Both the position numbers and the translations under genes were made by a program. DNA of 59,023 bases, counting the filler, from Asterionella formosa (lineage: Eukaryota): assembly GCA_002256025.1 (NCBI GenBank). It is 9 parts of 9 records of this genome, joined end to end, with 100 filler letters (N's around TTAATTAATTAA, not from the genome) between each part and the next. Parts side by side here need not be neighbours in the genome. Positions count along the whole stretch, not along the records: positions 1 to 6,480 come from NKIB01012691.1; positions 6,581 to 13,056 come from NKIB01012692.1; 7 more parts are not named here. One strand, given 5' to 3'. The notes under the pieces were generated by a model. That model saw only the letters and a list, made by a program, of their open reading frames with translations. It did no database searches and was not told the origin of the DNA. Of the stretch, positions 1-10,369 are shown piece by piece (positions within the stretch are counted from its first letter, which is position 1; each line of letters begins with the position of its first letter).

Positions 1-442
1 TTATAAATTCCCCAAATATTTTTTGTCCAGCTGGATAATAAATCATCATAGTTATAGGATAACTTGATCATAGTTTTGATCTTAAAATTATCATATATAC
101 GAAAATCCTGTGCCACTTAGCGTATGATACCCTTGATCCTATATGCATGATACTTTTTATTTGCAGACGATGTATACAACAATGTACAATTAGGATATTG
201 TTGGACTCATTGTCTCACCAAGCACCCCAACCACACCAGTGCCACCTATAACCATCCCTCTTCTGGTCATCAGATTCATGCCACACTTGATCAATGCATG
301 GGCGGCAGCATCCATATCTTCAGCGATGGTACCCATACCAACCGATGGTACCCATACCAACCGCACACTGCCTACGCCACCTGCCTGATATCAAGGGGAG
401 CAAGTTGACATTGTTAATACTAATAACACAAGCTTATCTACT

Positions 443-705
443 TTGCTTACTTGTCCCCCCATTACGCTTATTGCTTTTTCTGTTAGTTCTGGAAATTCCG
501 CCACCGTTGATCTCCCTGTCATCAAAGCACGAACCACCACTACGCCTATTACCATTCAATTTCTTAATGGTCACCATGTTACTTCTACTCATGAGGCTGA
601 GTTAGATTTACCCATGCTTTTCCCTGCTGCCAGGCATGTTCGCATTGTCCCTGGTCTTCACAATTGTTCTTTACTCAGCATTGGACAGGTCTGTGACTCT
701 GGCTA
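443..705 (+). mobile_element. Ty1/Copia polyprotein remnant (protease region), interrupted at 706 by another element's LTR
   Basis: PITIQFLNGHHVTSTHEAELDLPMLFPAARHVRIVPGLHNCSLLSIGQVCDSG fits the Copia protease C-terminal pattern (L..SLLS.GQLCD.G); similarity stops where the TG..CA LTR starts. Confidence 0.75.
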
Positions 706-952
706 TGAAGTCCTCCGAATAAATACGCTAGTGTTGTCGGCAGAACAACTTACATGGTGCACAAGGAAAGAAAGATAAAGGTTGAAAAGATAGACTTAAA
801 GATATATAAACCTATGCCGTTCTAGCGCATTCGCTGCTCCAAGCTTGCACGCTGTACTATCGCTAAAACACTCTAACGGCTAGTTAGTCCCCTGTACCGT
901 ATGACACGGTACGTTCATCCACGCGCCCACACTGCACTGCAATATTCGTTCA
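706..952 (-). mobile_element. 3' LTR (247 bp) of a Ty1/Copia element
   Basis: TGAA...TTCA inverted termini; polypurine tract TCGAGGGGAC (953-962, minus strand) directly before it, downstream of the RNase H stop. Confidence 0.8.
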
Positions 953-1119
953 GTCCCCTCGAATACATGGGAGGTGAAACCAAACAAATATACCACTAAA
1001 CATCGACCTGGATTCGGTGCCACACGTCATTGCGTGCCCAGGAGGTAACCGGTTTCATAGGTTGTGCCATCACGATGAACCTTGGCTTCAATCTTCGACC
1101 CACTGTGATCCAACAGCCA

Positions 1120-1362
1120 TCAATACATGAACTTGTCGCACAAATACTCTCGTGTAATTTGGGGTAATGGCTTCGTCAGCACATCAGCCAAATTAGTCTT
1201 TCCATCTTCCTTCGTTACCCGAATCATCCCTGCCGCCACAGCTTCTCTCGCTCTGTGATACGCTATCGCATTATGTTTCTTTTTCAAAGTCGATTCTGGA
1301 TGAATCGTGTTCTTCGTCACCGCCTCGTTGTCGCAGAAAACGTTAGTTGGTCCATCGATTGG
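1120..1362 (-). mobile_element. Ty1/Copia RNase H C-terminal remnant
   Basis: PTNVFCDNEAVTKNTIHPESTLKKKHNAIAYHRAREAVAAG...NLADVLTKPL is a typical Copia RNase H end. Confidence 0.92.
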
Positions 1363-1564
1363 GTTCGACACTGGATGGAACTGTGACTCTGTAGGAATAG
1401 AGTCTTCATCCGTGAAGAACAACTATTTGGGTTTCCTCTTCGAAAGCAATCTTTCCTTCTTTTCAATCTCTGCCACTATTGAATCGGCATACTTCATTAT
1501 TTTTTCTAGAGTATTATGAATCTGTTAAAATTCATTTGATCTTTGACTGTATTCAAAGGCATCT

Positions 1565-2640
1565 TCGATTGATTTCATAAGTTTCTTCATCTTCTTTTCC
1601 GAAAACATGAAGTCGTGTAATGTAAACAATGAAAGTAAGTCACGTTTCTTGTTTTACTAATCCTTTGCATGAAATCCATGAAATGCCATTTGGAAATTTT
1701 TCAAAGGGCTAGAAGACTATGATGTAAAACAGTGGAAGGGAACCACGGAGCTTTTTGCAGGGTTTGTGAAGGTACAGCTGGTGTGATGGTAACCGAGTGT
1801 AGTAATTGTTGAACAGAGCACGGTGTAATATGCATATGTCCGCTAGTGTAGTTTTTACACAATATATATGCCGGTATAGATAGCTGACAGGGAAAAACCA
1901 CACGACAATGAACGTGATGGCTGGTTGTTGAGGATACCGGTATGTGATATGCATCAATCCATATCACATTTCATATTATATTGATGTACATATCAATGGA
2001 TCCTATATACCGTATAATACTATCATATTAACTGTTGGCTTTTACTGTATACATTAAAAGTCAAATATATTTATTAAGTAACATTCATTATGATCGATTG
2101 ATTTCATAAGTTTCTTCATCTTCATTTCCGAAAACATAAAGTCATGTAGTGTAACCCATGGAAGTAAGTCGACCATTGTTTCTTGTTTGACAGATCCTTT
2201 GCATGAAATCCATGAAATGCCATTGGGAAAGTTGTCAATGGGCCAGAAGACTATGATGTAAAAGAGTGGAAGGGAAATGCGGAGCAAGCTTTTTGCGGCG
2301 CTTGTAGAGGTGCAGCTGGTGTGTTGGTAACCAAGTGTAGTAATTGTTAAACAGAGCACAGCAGTGTAATATGCATGTTCTGCCAGCGAAGTGTTTACAC
2401 AATACACATGCCGGCATAAATACAGCTATAACAAGGAATAACGACATGACAATGAATGTGATGGCTGGTTGTTGTGATATGCATCAATCCATATCACAAA
2501 TCATATTATAGTAATGTACATATCAACGCATCCGTAAATCGTATACTTAGATCCTAACCTCTGTATAATACTATCATATATACTGTTGGCTTTTACTGTA
2601 AACATTCAAGGTTGAATATTTATTTTAAGTAACATACTTT
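1565..2640. repeat. Diverged tandem duplication, unit ~530 bp, of a decayed minus-strand coding sequence
   Basis: GATTGATTTCATAAGTTTCTTCATCTTC at ~1567 and ~2096, with collinear similarity afterwards; both copies translate to similar ALFNNYYT.LP.HQL..LPLFYIIVF peptides. Confidence 0.85.
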
Positions 2641-3324
2641 ATGATCGTTTTCTTTTTTCTATGATGTATCGATAACACTTACGTACATATTTTATTATAT
2701 TTTATTGTCATTTTATTATTTTAACATGATCATATTTTGATCAAAATATATGATGTTGGCTTTTACTGTATACATTAAAAGTCGAATTTATATATTAAGT
2801 TATGATTTATTCATTCATTTTCTGTGATGTATCGATAAAACTTGCGTACATATTTTATCGAATTTTATTGTCATTATATTATTTTAACATAAGCATATTT
2901 CGATTAAATTTATATCACACACATTTTAAAGAATCATCATACTTCTATGATCAATGTATCATAGTTATGTCATATATTTTTTCTAACATTACATATAATA
3001 TTTTGGTGATGTATGCATTGATGTGACCTTATTGTGATATCACATTATCATCTTATCAATCATGATGAGATGATTGGGAACTGTATTCTGCATTGTACTA
3101 CAAAGTATGATATTTTAACACGCACTTTAGTAGCTAATTCATTCCTGTCATGTAAACATGTCGACAGTGCACATACACACACGCTAATCAGGTTTGTGGC
3201 AACGGACAGTGGTTCCAACAAGCGAATGACAACACCACGGGAACCAATTTCTCCAGCGGCAAACCGCAATGATAAAGGACACTTGTCCCTCTATTGATGG
3301 GGATGACACGGACACCGACTTTTC

Positions 3325-3690
3325 CAGGAGCAAACAACAATGAAGAGACCCACTTGTCGCTCTATGGATGGTAACAAAGATGCGGACAAGTTCAACAGTG
3401 AAAACAAGAACAACATACCAATGAAAACAAGTCGACAGTGTGTGTAGGCACATGCCAAGTAGGTTTGAGGCAACGGGCAGTCCCAACAAGTAAATGACGA
3501 TACATATATCAAATTTTTCCTATGGCAAACCACAATGACAATGATGAAGGACATTCATCACTCTAGTGTTGATGATATAGATAACGGGCGGGTTTTCCAT
3601 GAGCAAAAAACAATGAAGCGAGCCACTTGTTGCTCTATTGATGGTAACAAAGATGCGGACAAATTCAATAGTAAATACAAGTAAAGCATG
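3325..3690. repeat. Diverged direct repeat, period ~275 bp
   Basis: CAATGAAG..A.CCACTTGT.GCTCTAT.GATGGTAACAAAGATGCGGACAA at ~3337 and ~3611. Confidence 0.8.
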
Positions 3691-4630
3691 CGAAATGCAA
3701 AAACGAGAGATATGGAAAAGAAATTGTAATCAGAATCATTCAATAACTATAACTTTGTGGATAGCAGTCTGTTACATTTTCGTATCTCCTTCTGTCTGAA
3801 GCTCAAAAGTAGGTGTAGTATCATATGACAATTGAAAATGTCAACAAGAACAAGAAGAATGTGTTTGTTTACAAGTTGATTTGTGAGATTGTGATGCTGG
3901 TGGTCAGCAATACAGAGTTACTATTTTCACTGTGTGCGGAACCATTCTGAGCTTGAATGATTTCTTCTCTGTAAATTCTTAATTGAATGATTATGAACAT
4001 AGGTTCACTGCACATGATAATTACTCAAAGATATAATGATCACTTGACCAACCTTTGAAGACGTTGTTATTGTAAACAAGCATTCCCCTTTTCATTGCTA
4101 GTATTTCGTTGTTGTTGCAAAATTCGGAGTGATGACAGATAGAAATGATGAGCCAAATTACATTACTTTAGCTGGTACATTTTTCAAACAAGAAATTCAA
4201 ATACAACAATGAGGGGTGAATGTACTTGGAAAGGCATGAAATGAAATGATGGCACCTCTGCCCATGGTCAATTTTGGTTCTTGTGCCATCCTGCACTGAG
4301 ATTTTTGAGATTATTTCAGCTGGTAGGCTTCTCATGTATTTATAATTTTATCAAATCTATGAGCTTATATCACTGTGAATACCTCCAGAAACCGATTGTT
4401 CTTTTGATTTAGATTTACTTCTCAGAAATTAAATATCCATTGAATTGATCTACCAGTACTGGCATGAAGGGGAAAACCCAGACTGAATCCAGTCTATTTG
4501 ACTGAAATGAGCCTATCCGGAAAGAATCCGTAATGAATACCGTCATCAGTATCATTACTATAAATTGATTATTTTCTTCGGCGGGAGCGGAGCGGAGCGA
4601 AAAAAAACAGCACACTCCATAATATCAAAA

Positions 4631-5749
4631 ATGGTTCTCAAATGTTCAAATCTCCTAGTTTTATTAGCTTTTTTTGTTTCAGGCTTAGTCTACCAAAGTT
4701 ATGTTCCCACTGAAATATATTCATCGGGAGTGACCTTCCTACTCCATGATACAACATACTATCGATCTGTGACTCATAGAGGTGGTTGGAAAAATGTTAT
4801 GGCACATTTGATAGAAAAAGGCACTGTTATGGAAAGAACCGAACATTTTACACCAGGCCACAACATGCTTCTCCTTGATCTAACCGAGAGGCACTTTTTG
4901 TGGGAAAACTTTGGGGTGATTAACCAACCATGGCTAGGAATCACACACATGGTCATGAATGCCCCAGAGCATTTCGAAGTCCCGGTTCGCCTTGAAAATG
5001 TTTTGAACCATCCTGATTTTTTGAAAAGCTTAAAATTCTGCAAAGGCATAGTGTGTTTCAGTAAGAACGCTGCCCGAAACGTCCAAGAATTTTTGGATAG
5101 CAAACTTACTGAGGTACCTAAAATACATGTTTGCGCTCTTCACCACCCCATTACGACTGAAGGTGTTGAGCCATTTAAGTCAGATGTTGATCTTAAGGTA
5201 TTGATTGAAAACCCAAACGCGGGTGTCCTGTTTTTGGGACAACAATATCGAAGATTAGCTACCATACATCAATTGAAAACGAGTAGGAAGAAGCTTTGGC
5301 TCCCAGGGTTCAAGTTAAATAGCACTGAATTCGAGCTTCTTAAAGGGAAGGTTGTGAAAGAACTTGTTATTGCCAAATGTGAGCATGATCCCTCAATTGA
5401 AGTTATATATTCCAATTCTTTGTCAGAGTACGACAGACTTCTGAAGCAGAACATCGTAATTGTTGATTTATGGGCTGCCACTGCCAACAATGCCATCCTA
5501 GAAGCCATTGGCCTTCAGATTCCCATGCTAATTCGACGAATCGACAGTACTGAAGAATACCTTGGCCATTCATACCCCCTTTTTTTTGACACCACAGAAG
5601 AACTGGCATTACTCCTTGTTGATTCATCAGAGTTAGGCAAGAAGCTTCGACTAGCACACAATTACATGAAAGACATGAATTTAAATGGGCTCACCATGGA
5701 ATCATTCAGAAAGGATTTAATAGGATGTGCAGACAAAAATTTGAATTAA
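4631..5749 (+). CDS. Intronless membrane-anchored GT-B (glycosyltransferase-like) protein, 372 aa from the first ATG
   Basis: Long clean ORF; N-terminal hydrophobic anchor LLVLLAFFVSGLVY; motifs HRGGW, PWLGITH, SLKFCKGI, HHP, EYDRLLKQNIVIVDLWAATANNAILEAIGLQIPML, EEYLGHSYPLFF; the LEA..P segment resembles the GT4 nucleotide-sugar-binding helix. Function is inferred. Confidence 0.8.
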   Translation: MVLKCSNLLVLLAFFVSGLVYQSYVPTEIYSSGVTFLLHDTTYYRSVTHRGGWKNVMAHLIEKGTVMERTEHFTPGHNMLLLDLTERHFLWENFGVINQPWLGITHMVMNAPEHFEVPVRLENVLNHPDFLKSLKFCKGIVCFSKNAARNVQEFLDSKLTEVPKIHVCALHHPITTEGVEPFKSDVDLKVLIENPNAGVLFLGQQYRRLATIHQLKTSRKKLWLPGFKLNSTEFELLKGKVVKELVIAKCEHDPSIEVIYSNSLSEYDRLLKQNIVIVDLWAATANNAILEAIGLQIPMLIRRIDSTEEYLGHSYPLFFDTTEELALLLVDSSELGKKLRLAHNYMKDMNLNGLTMESFRKDLIGCADKNLN

Positions 5750-5899
5750 ATTCATTTTGCTCTATCTACCTTTTTACTTTAATTATAATGTTACACTATA
5801 GACAAGCAGCATCACTCTCAGTTTCATTTTGGATCATTTTACTAGTTAAGGAAATATTTGAGTCCTTTGGTTTTATAACATGTTACTCATAATGGCTTG

Positions 5900-6480
5900 G
5901 ATTTTCTGTCAGCTCATCAATCATATCCTTTGGTTAGCTTTGTATTCTGTAATGGCCAAGGTGCCTTCCACTTGGTAATGTGGATGTTGATTCTTTCCAA
6001 TCCCTCATTCCTTTTTGAAAGTCCTTAATCTTAAATTCGGTCTTGATTGGAGTAATCCCTTTGACGCCTTTGGGGATAGCGATGGTGGTGATGAATTCTC
6101 TGAATACTGGAAAACAATTGTCACTTATGTTCTCAAATAATGTTTCCTCAAGAATTTGGTCTGCTGCATTTGTCAATCCATTAAATCCTAATAATGCGTC
6201 CATTTGACCAAATCCAAATTAAGTGCTGAATGTTTTCCAAAAGTGCTTATGACAATGTTGGAAGATTGCTTTTTTGAGAGTTTCTGCCTCAAATTCTTAA
6301 GTCAAAGTCATGACATCCCCTTGTTCTGATGTGATCTCTGGAACTAACACCATTGAATTTGTTCCCCCTACTCTTGAATTGAAAATCCTTTTCAGGCACG
6401 AATAACAATCTAGTGATTTTTCCGTATTTAATATTGATTGGAGCCTTTTTCTTTCCTTCCTTGCCTCTTTCAACAAGTAT
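5900..6480 (-). mobile_element. Non-LTR retrotransposon remnant (region preceding the RT domain)
   Basis: WKESTSTLPSGRHLGHY fits the W.E.TSTSPSG.H.GHY pattern I recall from stramenopile LINE-like elements; several stops; truncated by contig end. Confidence 0.7.
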
Positions 6481-6580
6481 NNNNNNNNNNNNNNNNNNNN
6501 NNNNNNNNNNNNNNNNNNNNNNNNTTAATTAATTAANNNNNNNNNNNNNNNNNNNNNNNNNNNNNNNNNNNNNNNNNNNN
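6481..6580. other. Artificial contig linker N44-TTAATTAATTAA-N44
   Basis: Identical 100-bp linker with stops in all six frames; flanking contigs decrease monotonically in length. Confidence 0.98.
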
Positions 6581-6861
6581 ACAAAAGGCAAGGAATAAAT
6601 GAAATAACAATCAACATCATACCAAGATAAGCGCCAGCAAAACAACCTTGACAATGACCTCAATTCGTCGTTGAATCTTGAATTTTCTTTCATGAGAAGC
6701 TGTAATTATGAAAGGAGTAAGAGGTGTGAGAAGTAGAAGATCAGAAAGAGTCACAATCACATCAAACTGACCATGCAGAAGCAACCTTCATCGTGGCGGT
6801 TTCCTTGATTTTGGCATGATTTTATAATTTATGTGGCGCAAGTATGATCATCTTCATTCTA

Positions 6862-7190
6862 GGGTACTGGTACCTGGTACCATGTACCAGGTACCAGGTA
6901 CAAACAAGTCTATAATTAATTAATTTAATCTGGGCGCTGTCAATTGTGCTCATTTCCTAATAAAATGTGCCAGACTCCTCTAATAAAACGAACACACAAA
7001 CGAAACTGGCGCAGTCTGCAGTCTTGTACGAGTGTACCATGAGGACCTCCAATTTTACCACCATTCAACAACCAGGTACCTGGTACCAGGCACATGATAC
7101 CAGGATTAAAAAGGTACATGAGGAAGAAAGTAAGGCTGCTGGTACCTTGCCAGGTATCAGGTAGGAGTACCTGTTACCTGGTACCAGGTA
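6862..7190. repeat. Cluster of CCTGGTACCAGG/GGTACC palindromic units
   Basis: TGGTACCTGGTAC-cat-GTACCAGGTACCA at ~6868-6896 and CCAGGTACCTGGTACCAGG at ~7072. Confidence 0.9.
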
Positions 7191-7197
7191 ATGGAGG

Positions 7198-8060
7198 GTA
7201 GCCCTCGCAATCGCTACAAGGTAAATTATTATTTAGCTGAGATACTGCGATTCTTTTGACTATACAAAATCCTACAGTGTAGTTGTTGTGATCATCTGGA
7301 GCATCCTGCATCATGTCGTCTCAACCTTGACCATGACGATAATAGCGGAAATCTCTACGAAAATTGAGAACGACGCTCTCCTGTTAGGAACATATATCAA
7401 TCACAACAAAGGCAATACAACCATAAGAGATTAGTTGCAATGGCATTGATAGTGACAGCGAAAACTGCAATCGCCGATGGCACAATTTTTCTACATAATC
7501 TATAGCTGCTCAAATCAAAACGACGCTGTTGCGAACAGATTTGACATTTTAGAAGTTGCTGAGCAATGAACGACTATAACAATAACATGATTAGTTGAAG
7601 CAAAAAATTGTTAAAATAGTTATTCATCAAATAAGAATGATTGATTGTACCAACGGCATTTGTGGATGCGGATATCGGCGCCAACAACTGCTTGTGCTGT
7701 TTGTTCTTTGGCAGTCGATATCAAGGGAAAATGTGATTGAGGAAAAAATAATAATTGAATCGAAATTAGGTACTCTTTACTTAATCATGTGGTGAGACCA
7801 GCATAATATTGCCGTGAAGTGGCGTAATTTCGCCATTATACCGTTATGCTAGTTGGAAAAAAATATTGTTGCGAACTCACATAATTATTCGTTTGATCAC
7901 ATAATTATTAGATAAGTAGAATAAATTTTGTTTTAGAACACATAAATTTTGGTTTGACCCAAATAAATTCCCAAAAAAGTAGCATAATATTTTAGAAAAG
8001 TAGCATAAATACGTCACTTTAGACATAAATTTGAAAAAGTGCCGTAAACGGCGTCTTAGA
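7198..8060 (+). repeat. Unclassified ~860-bp non-coding dispersed repeat (longest copy seen)
   Basis: 5' half aligns by eye with 20267-20640 and 47221-47660; 3' half with 58287-58580 and 33050-33108; ends in hairpin GCCGT-AA-ACGGC followed by GTCTTAG. Confidence 0.7.
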
Positions 8061-9769
8061 TGAAACCAGCAGTTTATTCTTGGTTGTCACGAAGCTGGAT
8101 TGGGATCTGGTGATGCTGACATTGTTTATTTCGCAATGAACTTACCTCTTGCTGTTGGATTTTGGTCAACCCAAGATAATTTCACTGCGGTAGGAGAGAA
8201 AGTTGGTGAGGCGGAAATGGCAACAACAGCTCTTGCTATGGAAGAGGCTTGTCGGGAGGAAATATATCAAACACTGAGTGTGCGTGAACGAGGCGATTGG
8301 GCTGACAAAGGACGAGATTTCCAGTGGTGGAATAGTCTACCTGTTACAGAATGCATGTCTGTACTCAATATGCTGCAACTCACCATTACTTATGATATGG
8401 GATGGCAGCAGCGATCCAGTGGGAATAAATACAACTCCGTAAGTGGACATGCATTCTGTATTGGTGGCTACACGAGAAAGATGATAGACTATCGAGTAAA
8501 ATCAAAGGTCTGTAATGTGTGCAACAGGGCTTTATGGTACAAGAAACCTATCAAACATCATGTTTGCTGCAAGAATCACGATGCCATTAATTAATACAAT
8601 GTTATCTACTCTACAATCATCGGTGATGATGATTCTACAATTTGAGCTGTCTCCAAATGGTTCTATAAGGAATTATCAAATCTACGGTCTGACTTTCAAT
8701 GGCCTAGGACATTAAATGGTAAAAAAACCTGACAAAGGATGCCTTCCACTACACATTCCAGAACCAAGGTTTCTTTCCGATCCTTCGCACAGGATCCGCA
8801 TTCTTCTCCGCCCTGCCTTTCTAAAATCCAATGGCCCAGTCTGTGTAGAGCGACATTCCAACAAAGCAGATTGTCTCTGACTAAAGATATATTATGGAGC
8901 ATGGATTAAAAATACCGGACCCTCTCTCTAACCGAATTCATGGAGTCCTCCATAGCACCAATCAACCACTAGTTTGGTTGCCACGACTACTGCTCGGAGT
9001 CATGATGTCCTGTAAAGTCTGGAAAAAGTGTTAGTAACGGAAAATATCATGACAAGGAAAAGGAAACGAAATTATGCGAATGGTTAATGAAAAATGTGGC
9101 AACAAAAGTCGAAGGAGAAAAGCTCCTTTCATTGTATCATCCCTTCGATACACAGATGAATGAGGGAATTAACAATGCAGTGTCACGACGATGTCCAAAG
9201 AACAAAGTGTTCGCAGGATCTGTTGACTAAAATACAGAGTGGCACCAGTTGCCGGACAAAAAGACACAAGGAGTCACAAAATACAATTAAGATGTATACA
9301 AACGATGTGGAATGAAAATGTCCCAACTGCAAGAATCCTTCTGGAAACAGAAGAATAAGCGATGGAACAATGGTGCAGCCTACAAAGCGCAATTCAATCG
9401 GAAAAGGAAAGGAAAGGAAAAGAAAGGAAAGGAAACGAAAGGAAACGAAACGAAAACATTCATGCTGCACAATTTGAAGCTGTCAAACAAGGAAGGCACA
9501 ACAATAAAACTGGAAAGACTTACAGCTCTGGGGTGGCTTTATTAGAAGACCAAGATCAGGATGCCACAACAAAGAATGCAAATGCGCAATGCAAACATTG
9601 TGGCCGGAATGATCATCAGAGAAAAAGCAGCACACTCTGTCCATTCTTTCAAGGCAAAGCGAATCATATTAATGGTAATGGTATTACATGTGCACCCAGT
9701 GTGGCCGGCGTAAGTTTGCAACGCCCTGCACATCAGGCAAATCAAATGGACATACGAAATTCATGTTGA
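8060..9769 (+). pseudogene. Degenerate DDE transposase of the Kolobok / 'Mutator-like transposase' type
   Basis: Motifs across frames: ITYDMGWQQRSSG..YNSVSGHAF.IG..T.K.IDY.VKSKVC..C..H.C.KN, IIGDDDST, FLSDPSHR, H.FGCHDYC, DTQMNEGINNAVSRRCPKNKVFAGS, C-terminal CKHCGRNDH zinc knuckle; stops and frameshifts; 5' end cut by the 7198-8060 repeat. Confidence 0.8.
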
Positions 9770-9916
9770 CCAATCATATTGTATATGTGGAAGCCGGCAC
9801 TTACAATGGAATTTTTTGGACAGGGGATTTTAGGACTAAAAATTCCGGCACACGACTACTATTCCGATGATGATGTTTCGGCTCATAGTAATTCTGATTC
9901 CGATATTTTGGCGACA

Positions 9917-10369
9917 GTAGAAAAGACCGATTTTGTCGAGTTTTTGGACAACGATAGCTAAACGTCGGCTGGGTCTGAAGGCGATTTAGATACATAGGTA
10001 ACTTTGAAATAGCATCAGTACATAACTTCTGGCGAGAAACTGCAGAAAGGAACTTCGGTTTTTTACGATACCAAATAAACAGATTTCCCCCAAATTTCCG
10101 AGTAGTTTTAGCCTAGTAAAAAAACCGAAGTTCCTTTCCTGCAGTTTCTGACCAGATCCTATATACTGACGAGCGATATATAGAGAGGACCTACACCCCT
10201 ACTTTGTCTGAAGACTATATGTAAGCATATGGAAAGGGTTTGTATTGGTGAAAGCTCCGTTGAGCGTTATACATATTCAATTTATATGTGAAAAGTACCT
10301 GTTTGATTAGTCTGACTCAATACTATTTTTTTAAACCTACCTCGGGCTAGGGGTTCAAATGCAGCAACC
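9917..10369 (+). mobile_element. 3' terminal module of the transposon, with a long internal inverted repeat, ending CC|TTAA
   Basis: Collinear with 20917-21366; IR arms ~10028-10066 and ~10116-10156; TTAA at 10370-10373. Confidence 0.85.

Noticed and set aside
6525..6536. Regularly spaced TTAATTAATTAA as a biological repeat or CRISPR-like array
   Set aside because: Always centred in N runs; it is a six-frame-stop assembly linker.
9401..9457. GAAAG/GAAAC pentamer run as a regulatory array
   Set aside because: Simple microsatellite expansion within the decayed transposase tail.
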